Below are positions 14,901 through 30,210 of a stretch of DNA of 64,000 bases, piece by piece. The position numbers and the translations under genes are program-made. The notes beneath the pieces are model-generated. The model did no database searches, was not told where the DNA came from, and was given only the letters and a program-made list of their open reading frames with translations. Every line of letters starts with the position of its first letter. The stretch's first letter is position 1. The stretch lies in the NCBI RefSeq assembly GCF_009914755.1, contig NC_060940.1. One strand, given 5' to 3'. Origin of the DNA: the human T2T-CHM13v2.0 reference genome, Homo sapiens.

Positions 14901-17900
14901 GATTTCTTTTGAGCCCATTCAATGCTTCCACTCGATTACATATGATGATGACTCCATTCGATGAAACTCGATGATGATTCCATTCGCTTGCATTCGATGA
15001 TGATTCCACTTGAGTCCGTTAGAAGATTCTATTCAATTACATTCCATGACGATTCTGTTCGAGTCCATTTGATGATTCCATTACACTCCATTCGACAATG
15101 ATTCCATTCAATGTTATTCGATGATTCCATTCGATCTCATTCGATGATGATTCCATTCAAGTCCATTCGATGTTTCCATTCGAGTTCATTCTATTATTCC
15201 ATTAGATTCCATTCGATGATGATTCCATTCGATTCCATTTGATGATTGCATTCTATTTCATTTGATGATGATTCCATTCGAGTCCATTCGATGATTCCAT
15301 TCGAGTCCATTTAATGAATCCATTGGTTTCAATTCTATGATGATTATATTGGATTCCATTCGTTGATGATTTCATTCGATTCCATTCAATGATGATTCCA
15401 TTCAATTCCATTCAATGATTCCATTCAATTCCATACGATGATGATTCCATTTGATTTGATTCGACAGTGAGCCATTCGATTCAATTCCATGATGATTCTG
15501 TTTGATTCACTTGGTTGACATTTCCATTCGATTCCATTCGATGATGATTCCATTTGATTCCATTCAAAGATGATTCCATTCTAGCCCATTCAATCATTCC
15601 ATTCGATTCTATTCAATGATGATTCCATTCATGTCGATTTGGTGATTCCATTTGACTTCATTTGATGATGATTCCTTTCAAGTTCATTAGATGATTCCAT
15701 TCGATTCCATTTGATGATGATCCCATTCGAGTCCATTCAGTGATTCCACTCGTTTCCATTCCATGATGATTCCATTCCATTCCATTCAATGATTCCATTC
15801 GATTCCGTTTGATGATGATTTCATTCGAGTCCATTTGATGATTCCATTTGATTCCATTCGATGATGATTCCATTCGAGTCCATTCGATGATTCTATTCGA
15901 ATCCATTTGATGATTTCTTTTGATTATATTTGGTGATGATTCCATTGGAGTCCATTCAATGATTCCATTCGATTCCAATCGATGGTGGTTCCATTAGAGT
16001 CCATTTAATGATTCCATTTGATTCCAGTCTCTGATGTTTACATTCGAGTCCATACGATGATTCCACTCAATTCCATATGATGATGATTCCATTCGATTCC
16101 ATTCGATGATTCCATTCTATTCTATTCAATGGTGATTCCATTCGAGTACATTAGATGATTCCATTCGATTCCATTCAATGATGATTCTATTTGTGTCCCT
16201 TAGATGATTCCACATGATTCCATTAGATGATGATACTATTTGAGCCCATCCAATGATTCCCTTCGATTCCATTCGATGAGGATTCCATTCGATTCAATTC
16301 ATTGGTGATTCTATTCAATTCAATTCTTTGATTCAATTCCATTCCATTCGACAATGATTCCATTCGATTTCTTTCGATGATTCCACTCAATTTCACTTGA
16401 CATTGATTCCATTCGATTCCATTCAATGATTCCATTTGATTCCAGTGGATGATGATTGCCGTCGATTCCATTCGATCACTCCATTCTGTTCCATTTGATG
16501 ATGATTACATTCGATTCCATTTGATGATTCCATCTGATTCTATTCGAGGATTCCATTTGATTCCATTCGATGATGATTCCATTCGAGTCCATTCGATGGT
16601 TTCATTCGAGTACATCCAATGATTCCATTCGAGTCCATTTGATGATTCCATTTCATTCCATTTGATTATGATTCTACTAGAGTCCATTCAATGACTCCAT
16701 TCGAGTCCATTCAACAGTTCCATCCGAGTCCATTCGATGATTCCATTCGATTCCATTTGATGATTCCATTCGAGTCCATTTAATCATTACAGTCGAGTCC
16801 ATTTGGTGATTCCACTGGATTTCTTTTGATAATGATACCATTCAATTACATTTGATGATGATCCCATTCAATTTCATTTGATGATGATTCCATTAGAGTC
16901 CATTCCCTGATTTCATTCGAGTCCCTTCATTGATTCCATCCGATTTCATTTCATGATGACTCCATTCGAGTCCATTCGATGATTCCACTCGATTCCTTTA
17001 GATGATTCCATTGGAGTCCATTTGATTGTTCCATTCGATTCCATTCGATTCCTTTCGAAGATTATTCCATTTGAGTCCATTCGATGATGATTCCATTCCA
17101 TTCCATTCGATGATTCCGTTTGATTCCATTCGATGATTCCCTGCGATTCCTTTCTATGATGATTCCATTCCATTCCATTCAATGATTCCATTCGAATGTA
17201 TTCCATGATGATTCCTTTCGATTCCATTCGCTGATGTTTCCGTTCAATTCCATTCGATGATGATTCCATTCGATTCCATTCATTGAGGATTCCATTGGAT
17301 TCCATTCAATGATGATTCCATTCTATTCCATTCAATGATTGCATTCAATTCCATTCAATGATTATGCCATTAGAGTAAATTCAACGATTCCATTCAATAC
17401 CATTCGATGATGATTCCTTTTGAGTCCATTCAATGATTTCATTCAAGTCCATTTGATGATTCCTTTCAATTCCATTCCATGATGATTCCATTCGAGTCCA
17501 TTCGATGATTCCATTCGATTGCATTCGATGATTCCATTATATTCCATTCAACGATGATTCCATTCGAGTCCATTCGATGATTCCATTAGAGTACATTTAA
17601 TGATTGCTTTGTTTTCAATTCGAAGATGATTACATTGGATTCCATTCTATGATTCCATTCGATTGCATTCATTGATGATTCCACCCAATTCCATTCGATG
17701 ATGATTCCATTCGATTTCAATGATTCTACTCGATTCCATTCAATGATGATTCAATTCTATTCCGTTTGATGATTCCATTAGATTCCATTCTATGATGATT
17801 CCATTCGAGTCCATTCGAAGATTTCATTCGATTACATTCCATGACGATTCCATTCGAGTCCATTCGATGATTCCATTTGAATCCATTCGACGATGATTCC

Positions 17901-20900
17901 ATTTGATGCTATTCGATGATTCCATTGGATTCCATTCGATGATGATTCCATTCGACTTGATTTGATGTTTCTATTTGAGTCCATTCGGTTATTTTATTAG
18001 ACTACATTCGATGATGATTCCATTCGATGCCATTCAATGATTCCATTTGATTCCACTCAATGATGATTGCATTCGTGTCCATTCGATGATTCCATTTGGT
18101 TCCATTTGATGATGATTCCATTCGAGTCCATTCGATGATACCATTCAATTCCATTCGATGATCATTCCATTCGAATCCATTTGATGATTCCACTCAATTC
18201 CATTTGATGACTCCTTTCATTCCCATTCGATGATTCCCTTCAGTTCCAATTGGATGATCTTTCCATTTGATTCAATATGGTGACTCCATTCTATTATATT
18301 CAATGATGATTCCATTCGACTCCATTAGATGATGACTCCATTCCGTTCCATTCGATTGTGATTTCATTCGATTCCATTCGAAGATGATTCCATTCGAGTC
18401 CATTTGATGATTCCATTCGATTCCATTCAATGATGATTCCACTCAAATCCATTGGATGATTCCATTCGTTTCCAATTGGTGATTTCATTAGATTCCATTC
18501 GAGGATGATTCTATTCGAGTCCATTCAATGATTCCATTGGATTCCGTTTGATAATGATTCCATTAGAGTTCATTCGATGATTCCCTTCGAGTCCATTCGA
18601 TTATTTCTTTTGATTCCATTTGATGATGATTCCATTCGATTCCATTCAATGATTCCATTCCATTCCATTCGATGATGATTCCATTCGATAATGATTACAT
18701 TCGAGCCCATGTGATGATTCCATTAGATTCTATTCAATGATGATTCCATTCGACCACATTCGATGATGGCATTCGAGTCCATTCGATGATTTCACTCGAT
18801 TCCACTTGATGATGATTCCTTTTGAGTCCATTTGATGATTACATTCGAGTCCATGAGATGACTCCATTCGATTCCATTTCATGATGATGCAATTCGAGGC
18901 TATTCGATCATCCCATTTTAGTGCATTCGGTGATTCTCTTTTATTACATTCGATGAGGGCTCCATTCGAGTCCATTCAATGATTCCATTAGATTCCACTC
19001 GATGATGATTCCATTTGAGTCCATTCAAAGATTCCTTTCGAGTCCATTCGATAATTCTATTGGATTCCACTAGGTGATGATTCCTTTCGAGTCAATTCGA
19101 TGATTCCTTTCAAGTGCCTTCAATGATTCCATTCGATTCCATTCGATGACGATTCATTTCAAGTCCATTCAATGGTTCCATTCTGTTGAATTTGATGGTT
19201 CCATTTGATTCCATTCGATGATGATTCCATTCGTGTCCATTGGATGATTCCATTCGATTCCTTTCGAGGAAGATTCCATTCGACTCCATTCGATGATTCC
19301 GTTCGATTCCATTCCATGATGATTCCATTTGATTCCATTCCATGATTCCATTCGATACCATTCGATGATGATTCCATTCGACTCCATTTGATGAATCCAT
19401 TCAATGCTTCCATTCGAGTCCATTCGATGATTCCATTCGATTCCATTCCATGAAGATTCCATTCGAGTACATTTGATGATTCCATTTAATTCCATAGGAT
19501 GATGATTCTATTAGGGTCCGTTGACTATTCCATTCAATTCCATTCGAAGATTCCATTCGAGTCCACTCGATGATTCTATTTGATTCCATTTGATAATTCC
19601 ATTCGATTCCATTTGATGTTGATTCCATTCGAGTCCATTCGATCATTATTACATTTGATTCTATTCGATGATTCCATTCGATTCCATTTGATGAGGATTC
19701 CATTCGAGACCATTTGATGATTCCATTCAATTCCATTGGATGATTCCAATATTTTCCATTAGATGATGATTCCATTCGATTCCATTCAATGATGATTCCA
19801 TCAGAATCCATTCGATGATGACTCCTTTTGCTTCCATTCAATGATCATTACATTCGGTTCCATTCGATGATGATTCCTTTGGATTCCATTCGATGATGCT
19901 TCCATTCGATTCCATTTGATGATGATTCTTTTCGATTCCATTTGATGATGATTCCATTTGATTCCATTCGATGGTGATTCCATTTGATGATTCCATTCGA
20001 TTGTATTCGATGATGATTCCACTCGATTCTATTTGATGATGACTGCATTCGATTCCATTTGATGATTCCATTTGATTCCATTCGATGATGATTCTGATCA
20101 ATTGCATTCGATGATCCATTCGATTCCATTTGATGGTTCCATTTGATTCCATTTGATAATGATTCCTTTCGAGTCCATTCGATGATTCCATTTGCGGATA
20201 TTCGATAATTCCATTTGAGTCCAACCGATGATTCCATTCGAGGCCATTCAATCATTCTTTTTGAGTCCTTTCGATAAAGATTCCATTTTAGTCCATTCAA
20301 TAATTCCACTGGAGTCCATTCGATGATTGCTTTTAATTCCATTCGATGATATTCCATTCGAGTCCATTCGATGATTCCATTCGTTGCTATTAGATGATGA
20401 TTCCATTCATGACCATTTGGTGATTCCATTCGATTTCATTCGTTGATGATTCCATTCGAGTCCATTCCATGATTCCATTCAAGTCCATTTGATGATTTCT
20501 TTGAATTCAATTCGATGATGATTCCATTCGAGTCCATTCGATGATTCCATTCAGTTCCATTCGATGATGATTCCTTTCGAGACCATATGATGATTCCATT
20601 TGATTTCATTCGATGATGATTCCATTCGATTCCATTCGATGATTCCATTCTATTCCATTCGATGATGATTCCATTCGAGTCCATTTAATGATTCCATTGG
20701 GTTCAATTCAATGATGATTACATTGGATTCTCTTCTATGATACCATTCAATTCCGTTCATTGACAATTTGATTCCATTCGATGATGATTCCATTTGAGTT
20801 CATTCGATGATTCTATTCGATTCTCTTCGATGGTGATTCAATTCTATTATATTGGATGATTCCATTCGATTCCATTTGATGTTGATTCAATTCGATTCTA

Positions 20901-23757
20901 TTCGATGATGATTCCATTGGATTTCATTTGATGATTCTATTCGATTCCATTCAATGATGATTCACTTCTCGTCCATTGGATGATTCCATTTCATTCCATT
21001 CGATGATGATTCCATTCGATTCCATTCGATGATTCCATTTGATTCCATTCGACGGTGAGCAATTCGATTCAATTCCATGATGATTCTATTTGATTCAGTT
21101 AGATGATGTTTCCATTCGAATCCATTCCATGATTATTCCATTGGAATCCATTCGGCGATGATTCCATATGAGTCAATTCAATGATGCTTCCATATGGGTC
21201 AGTTCGATGATAATTCCATTTGATTTCATTCGATGCTTCTATTCAATTCCAGTCGATGATGATTCCGTTGGAGTCCATACGATGACTCCATTTGATTTCA
21301 TTTGATGATGATTCCATTCGATTCCATTCGATGACTCCATTCTGTTCCATTCGATGATGATTCCATTCGAGTCCATTCGATGATTCCATTCGAGTCCATT
21401 TCATGATTCCATTGGGTTCAATTCGATGATGATTACACTGGATTCCATTCTATGATTCCATTCAATTCCATTCGTTGATGATTCGATTCCATTCAATGAT
21501 GATTCCATTTGAGTTCATTCGATGATTCTATTCGATTCCGTTCGATGGTGATTCAATTCTATTATATTGGATGATTCCATTCGATTCCATTTGATGATGA
21601 TTCCATTCGATTCCATTCGATGATGATTCCATTTGATTCCATTTGATGTTGATTCTATTCGATTCTATTCAATGATGATTCCATTCGATTTCATTTGATG
21701 ATTCTATTCGATTCCTTTCGATGATTCTATTCCATTCCATTCGATGATGATTCAATTCTCTTCCATTGGATGATTCCATTTTATTCCATTCGACGATGAC
21801 TCCATTTGATTCCATTCAATGATGATTCCATTCGATTCCATTCGGTGATTCCATTTGATTCCATTCGACGGTGAGCAATTTGATTCAATTCCATAATGAT
21901 TCTATTTGATTCAATTAGATGATGTTTCCATTCGAATCCATTCGGTGATGATTCCATTGGTATCCATTCGACGATGATTCCATATGAGTCAATTCGATGA
22001 TGATTCCATACGAGTCCGTTGGATGATAATTCCATTTGATTTCATTCAATCCTTCTATTCGATTCCACTTGATGATGATTCCATCTGAATCCATTCTCCG
22101 ATTCCATTCGATTTCATTCGATGCTTCTATTTGATTTCATTCGAAGATGATTCCTTTCAATTCCGTTCATTAATTCCATTTGATTCCATTCGATGATGAT
22201 TCCATCCGATTCCATTGGATGATGATTCCATTCGAGTCCATTCGATGATTCCGTTCTAATCCATTCTATGATTCCATTCGAGTCCATTCGATGATTCCAT
22301 TCGATTCCATTCAGTGATGATTCCATTTGATTCCATCTGATGATGATTTCATTTGATTCCATTCGATGATGATTCCATTGGAGTCCATTGAATGATTCAA
22401 TTCAATTCCATTCCATGTGGATTCCATTCGAATTCATTCGATTATTCCATTCAAATCCCTTCGTTGATTCCATCTGATTCCACTTGACGATGATTCCATT
22501 CAAGTCCAATCGATGATTCCATTCGGTTCCATTCAATGATTCCATTCGAGTCCATTTATGTATTATATTCGTGTCCACTTGATGACTCACTCCATTCAAT
22601 TCCATTTAATGATGATTCCATTTGATTCCATTTGATGATTCAGTTCGATTCCTTACAATGATTCCCTACGATTCCTTTCTATGATGATTCCATTCGATTC
22701 CATTCATTGATGATTCCATTCGACTCCATTCGATGATGATTCCTTTCGATTCCATTTGACGATGTTTCCATTTGAGTCCATTCGATGATGATTCAATTCA
22801 GTTCTGTTCTATTGTGAATCCATTCGATTTCATTCAATGCTTCTATTTGATTCCATTCGACGATGATTCCATCTCTTTCCCTTCGATGATTCCATTTGAT
22901 TCCATTCAGTGATGATTCCATTTGATTCCATCTGATGATGATTTCACTTGATTCATTTCAATGATGATTCCATTCAAGTCCATTCGATGATTCCATTGGA
23001 GTCCAAACGATCATTCCATTCGATTCCATTCAATGATGATTCCATTCATGTCCATTCAATGAATCCTTTCAATTCCATTCGATGATGACTCCATTCGAGT
23101 ACATTCGATGATTCCATTTGATTCCATTTGATGATGATTACATTCAATTCCATTCGAAGATGATTCCATTCAATTCCACTTGATGATGATTCCGTATGAA
23201 TCCATTCGCTGATTATTCCATTCGATTCCATTCATTGACGATTCCATTCGATTCCATTCAATGATGATTCTCTTCTATTGCATTCGATGATTCCGTTCGA
23301 TTCCATTCGATGATGATTCCATTAGATTCCATTCGATTGTTGCATTCGATTCCCTTCGATGATGATTCCTTTGAATTCCATTCGATTATGATTCCGTATG
23401 AATCCATTTGATGATTATTCCATTGGATTCCTTTCGATGATGATTCCATTCGATTCCATTTGATGATGTTTCTCATGTATTCCATTTGATAATTCCTTTC
23501 AATTCCCTTCGATGATGATTCTTTCGAGTCAATTCGATGATTCTATTCCATTCCCTTCGATGATGATTCCATTTCACTCCATTCGATGATTCCATTCGAT
23601 TCAATTTGGTGATGATTCAATTCGATGACATTCGATGACTCCATTCAATTTCATTTGATGATGATTACATTCGAGTCCATTTGATGATTGTATTCCTTTC
23701 CTTTTGATGATTATTCCATTCGTGTCTATTCAAAGATTCCATTCTATTCCATTCAAT
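11934..23757 (+). repeat. ~11.8-kb higher-order repeat, unit 2 (11824 bp)
   Basis: Landmark recurs at 23758. ORF offsets 12186->24010, 12717->24541 and 11222->23046 are all 11824. Confidence 0.92.
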
Positions 23758-26700
23758 GATGATTCCAATTGATTCCATTCAATGATTATGGCTATCGATT
23801 CCACTCGTTGATTCCATTTGATTCCATTCGATGATTATTCCGTTAGATTCCATTAGGAGATTCCATTCGATTTTATTCAATGATTCCAATTGATTCCATT
23901 CAATGATGATTCCATTCCACTCCGTTCAGTGATTCCATTTGAGTCCATTTGAGGATTCCATTCGAGTCCATTTGATGATTCCATTCTTTTCCATTTGATG
24001 ATGATTCCATTAGGGTCCATTCAATGATTCCATTCGAGTCCATTCGTTAATGCCTTTCGAGTCCTTTTGATCACTACATTCGAGTCCATTCAATGATTCT
24101 ATTCGATTCCATTCCATGATGATTCCATTCGAGTTCATTCGATGATTGCATTCGAGTCCATTTGATGATTCCATATGATTCCATTCGACAATGATTCCAT
24201 TCGTGTCCATTTGATGATTCCATTCATTTCCTATCGATGAAGATTCCATTCGAGTGTATTCGATGATTCCATTCAAATCCATTCGATGATGATTCCATTC
24301 CAGTCCATTCGATCATTCCACTTGATTCCATTTGATGACTATTCCATTCAAATCCATTTGATGATTCCATTCGATTCCATTCGATGTTACCATTCCAGTA
24401 TATACGATGATTCCACTCGATTCCATTTGATGATTATTCCATTGGAGTCGACTTAGTGAATCCTTTAGATTCTACTCGAAGATGATTCCATTCGAGTCCA
24501 TTCGATGATACCATTCAATTCCATTCGTTGATGCTTCCATTCAAGTGCATTCGATGATATCATTCGATTCCATTTGATGATAATTCCATTTGATTCCATG
24601 TGATGATTCTATTCCATTCCATTCAATGATAATTCCATTCAATTCAGTGATTCCTCTGGACTCCATTTGATGATGATTCCATTCAATGATTCCATTCGAT
24701 TCTATTCGAAAATGATTCCATTTGAATCCATTTGATGATGATTCCATTCGATTCCATTTGATGATTCCATTCGATTCCATTCGACGATGATTCCATTCGA
24801 TTCCATTTGATGATTCCATTCTATTCTATTCGATGATGATTCCATTCGATTCCATTCGATGATGATTGGATTCGATTCCATTTGATGATTTCATTTGATT
24901 CCATTCGATGATGATTTCGATCAATTCCATTCGATGATTCCATTCGATTCCATTTGATAATGATTACATCCGAGTCCATTCGATGATTCCATTTGAGCCC
25001 GTTCGATAATTCCATTTGAGTCCAATCAATGATTCCATTCATTTCCATTCAATGATTCCATTCGAGTCCATTTGATCATTCCGGTAGGGTCCGTTCGATG
25101 TTGATTCCATTGGAGTGCATTCGATGATTCCATTCGAGTCCATTTTAGGATTTGATTCGAGTCCTTTCGATGATTCCATTCGATTCCACTCGATGCGATG
25201 ATGATTTCATTCGAGTCCATTCGACACTTCCAATCGATTCCATTTGATGTTTCCATTCGAGTCCAATTGATGATTCCATTCAATTCCATTCGATGATGAT
25301 TCCGTAGGATTCCATTCTGTGATGATTCCATGTGATTGCATTCAATGATGATTCCTTTCGATTGCATTCGATTATGATTCATTTCGTGTTCATTCTATGG
25401 TTCCACAGGTTTCACATCGTGTCCATTCCATTATTCCATTCTATTCCATTTGATGATGATTCCATTCGATTCCATTCATTGGTGATTCCACTCAATTCCA
25501 TTCAATGATTCCATTCCATTTCTTTCAACAATGATTCCATTAGTTTCTAATCGATGATCCACTTGATTCCATTTGACGATGATTCCATTCTTGTCCATTC
25601 GATGATTCCATTTGATTCCATATGATGATGATTCCATTCGATTCCATATGATGATGATGCCATTCGAGTCCATTCAATGGTGATTCCATTCAATTCCATT
25701 CGGTGATTCCTTTCGATTCCATTTGATGATGATGGCATTTGATTCCTTTCAATCATTCCCTTTGATTCCACTCAAAGTTGATTTCATTCAAGTCCATTCG
25801 ATAATTGCATTCGATTCCATTCTATGATGATTCCATTCGAGTCCATTTGATGATTCCATTCAATTCAAGTCAATGATGTTTCCATTCGATTCCATTCGAT
25901 GATTCCATTGGATTCCATTCGATGATGATTCCATTCAAATCCATTCGATAATTCAATTCACGTCCATTCGATGATGATTCCAATCGAATCCATTCAAAGA
26001 TTCCATTCAATTCCATTCGATGATTCCCTTAGATTCCATTCGATGATTCCACTTGATTGCATTTACGATGATTCCATTCGATTCCATGTGATGATTCCAT
26101 TCAATTCTATTCAATGATGTTTCCATTTGATTCCATTCGACCATGATTGCCTTTGATTCCATTCAATGATTCCATTCGGTTCCGTTTGATGATGATTCCG
26201 TTCGATTCCATTTGATGATTCCATTTGATTCCATTGGATGAGTCCATTCGATTACATTCGATGATTATTCCATTCGAGTGCATTAGATGATTCCATTCGA
26301 GTCCATTCGATGATTCCATTCGAGTCCATTCGATGTTGATTCTGTTCAAATCCATTCGATGATTCCACTCGATTCCATTCGATGACTCCATTTGATCCCA
26401 TTCGATGATTTCCTTTGATTCCCTTTGATGATCATTCCATTTGATTCAATTCGGTGATTTCATTGGATTCCATTCAGTGATGTTTCCATTCGACTCCATT
26501 CGATGATGATTCCATTCGACTACATTCGATTATGATTTCATTCAATTCCATTCGATAAAGATTCCCTTCGAGTCCAATCGATGATTCCATTCGATTCCAT
26601 ACAACGATGATTTGATTCGTGTCCATTCGATGATTCCATTTGATTCCACTTGATGAGGATTCCATTCGACTCCATTTGATGATTCCATTCAATTCCATTC

Positions 26701-29700
26701 TCCGATGATTTCTTTTGAGCCCATTCAATGCTTCCACTCGATTACATATGATGATGACTCCATTCGATGAAACTCGATGATGATTCCATTCGCTTGCTTT
26801 CGATGATGATTCCACTTGAGTCCGTTAGAAGATTCTATTCAATTACATTCCATGACGATTCTGTTCGAGTCCATTTGATGATTCCATTACACTCCATTCG
26901 ACAATGATTCCATTCAATGTTATTCGATGATTCCATTCGATCTCATTCGATGATGATTCCATTCAACTCCATTCGATGTTTCCATTCGAGTTCATTCTAT
27001 TATTCCATTAGATTCCATTCGATGATGATTCCATTCGATTCCATTTGATGATTGCATTCTATTTCATTTGATGATGATTCCATTCGAGTCCATTCGATGA
27101 TTCCATTCGAGTCCATTTAATGAATCCATTGGTTTCAATTCTATGATGATTATATTGGATTCCATTCGTTGATGATTTCATTCGATTCCATTCAATGATG
27201 ATTCCATTCAATTCCATTCAATGATTCCATTCAATTCCATACGATGATGATTCCATTTGATTTGATTCAACAGTGAGCCATTCGATTCAATTCCATGATG
27301 ATTCTATTTGATTCACTTGGTTGACATTTCCATTCGGTTCCATTCGATGATGATTCCATTTGATTCCATTCAAAGATGATTCCATTCTAGCCCATTCAAT
27401 CATTCCATTCGATTCTATTCAATGATGATTCCATTCATGTCGATTTGGTGATTCCATTTGACTTCATTTGATGATGATTCCTTTCAAGTTCATTAGATGA
27501 TTCCATTCGATTCCATTTGATGATGATCCCATTCGAGTCCATTCAGTGATTCCACTCGTTTCCATTCCATGATGATTCCATTCCATTCCATTCAATGATT
27601 CCATTCGATTCCGTTTGATGATGATTTCATTCGAGTCCATTTGATGATTCCATTTGATTCCATTCGATGATGATTCCATTCGAGTCCATTCGATGATTCT
27701 ATTCGAATCCATTTGATGATTTCTTTTGATTATATTTGGTGATGATTCCATTGGAGTCCATTCAATGATTCCATTCGATTCCAATCGATGGTGGTTCCAT
27801 TAGAGTCCATTTAATGATTCCATTTGATTCCAGTCTCTGATGTTTACATTCGAGTCCATACGATGATTCCACTCAATTCCATATGATGATGATTCCATTC
27901 GATTCCATTCGATGATTCCATTCTATTCTATTCAAAGGTGATTCCATTCGAGTACATTAGATGATTCCATTCGATTCCATTCAATGATGATTCTATTTGT
28001 GTCCCTTAGATGATTCCACATGATTCCATTAGATGATGATACTATTTGAGCCCATCCAATGATTCCCTTCGATTCCATTCGATGAGGATTCCATTCGATT
28101 CAATTCATTGGTGATTCTATTCAATTCAATTCTTTGATTCAATTCCATTCCATTCGACAATGATTCCATTCGATTTCTTTCGATGATTCCACTCAATTTC
28201 ACTTGACATTGATTCCATTCGATTCCATTCAATGATTCCATTTGATTCCAGTGGATGATGATTGCCGTCGATTCCATTCGATCACTCCATTCTGTTCCAT
28301 TTGATGATGATTACATTCGATTCCATTTGATGATTCCATCTGATTCTATTCGAGGATTCCATTTGATTCCATTCGATGATGATTCCATTCGAGTCCATTC
28401 GATGATTTCATTCGAGTACATCCAATGATTCCATTCCAGTCCATTTGATGATTCCATTTCATTCCATTTGATTATGATTCTACTAGAGTCCATTCAATGA
28501 CTCCATTCGAGTCCATTCAACAGTTCCATCCGAGTCCATTCGATGATTCCATTCGATTCCATTTGATCATTCCATTCGAGTACATTTAATCATTACAGTC
28601 GAGTCCATTTGGTGATTCCACTGGATTTCTTTTGATAATGATACCATTCAATTACATTTGATGATGATCCCATTCAATTTCATTTGATGATGATTCCATT
28701 AGAGTCCATTCCATGATTTCATTCGAGTCCCTTCATTGATTCCATCCGATTTCATTGGATGATGACTCCATTCGAGTCCATTCGATGATTCCACTCGATT
28801 CCATTAGATGATTCCATTGGAGTCCATTTGATTGTTCCATTCGATTCCATTCGATTCCTTTCGAAGATTATTCCATTTGAGTCCATTCGATGATGATTCC
28901 ATTCCATTCCATTCGATGATTCCGTTTGATTCCATTCGATGATTCCCTGCGATTCCTTTCTATGATGATTCCATTCCATTCCATTCAATGATTCCATTTG
29001 AATCTATTCCATGATGATTCCTTTCGATTCCATTCGCTGATGTTTCCGTTCAATTCCATTCGATGATGATTCCATTCGATTCCATTCATTGAGGATTCCA
29101 TTGGATTCCATTCAATGATGATTCCATTCTATTCCATTCAATGATTGCATTCAATTCCATTCAATGATTATGCCATTAGAGTAAATTCAACGATTCCATT
29201 CAATACCATTCGATGATGATTCCTTTTGAGTCCATTCAATGATTTCATTCAAGTCCATTTGATGATTCCTTTCAATTCCATTCCATGATGATTCCATTCG
29301 AGTCCATTCGATGATTCCATTCGATTGCATTCGATGATTCCATTATATTCCATTCAACGATGATTCCATTCGAGTCCATTCGATGATTCCATTAGAGTAC
29401 ATTTAATGATTGCTTTGTTTTCAATTCGAAGATGATTACATTGGATTCCATTCTATGATTCCATTCGATTGCATTCATTGATGATTCCACCCAATTCCAT
29501 TCGATGATGATTCCATTCGATTTCAATGATTCTACTCGATTCCATTCAATGATGATTCAATTCTATTCCGTTTGATGATTCCATTAGATTCCATTCTATG
29601 ATGATTCCATTCGAGTCCATTCGAAGATTTCATTCGATTACATTCCATGACGATTCCATTCGAGTCCATTCGATGATTCCATTTGAATCCATTCGACGAT

Positions 29701-30210
29701 GATTCCATTTGATGCTATTCGATGATTCCATTGGATTCCATTCGATGATGATTCCATTCGACTTGATTTGATGTTTCTATTTGAGTCCATTCGGTTATTT
29801 TATTAGACTACATTCGATGATGATTCCATTCGATGCCATTCAGTGGTTCCATTTGATTCCACTCAATGATGATTGCATTCGTGTCCATTCGATGATTCCA
29901 TTTGGTTCCATTTGATGATGATTCCATTCGAGTCCATTCGATGATACCATTCAATTCCATTCGATGATCATTCCATTCGAATCCATTTGATGATTCCACT
30001 CAATTCCATTTGATGACTCCTTTCATTCCCATTCGATGATTCCCTTCAGTTCCAATTGGATGATCTTTCCATTTGATTCAATATGGTGACTCCATTCTAT
30101 TATATTCAATGATGATTCCATTCGACTCCATTAGATGATGACTTCATTCCATTCCATTCGATTGTGATTTCATTCGATTCCATTCGAAGATGATTCCATT
30201 CGAGTCCATT
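23758..30210 (+). repeat. ~11.8-kb higher-order repeat, truncated unit 3
   Basis: Colinear with unit 2 (offset 11824, then 11829 after a 5-bp insertion, then 11806 after a 23-bp monomer loss near 26330) until ~30210, where the sequence jumps back. Confidence 0.88.
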
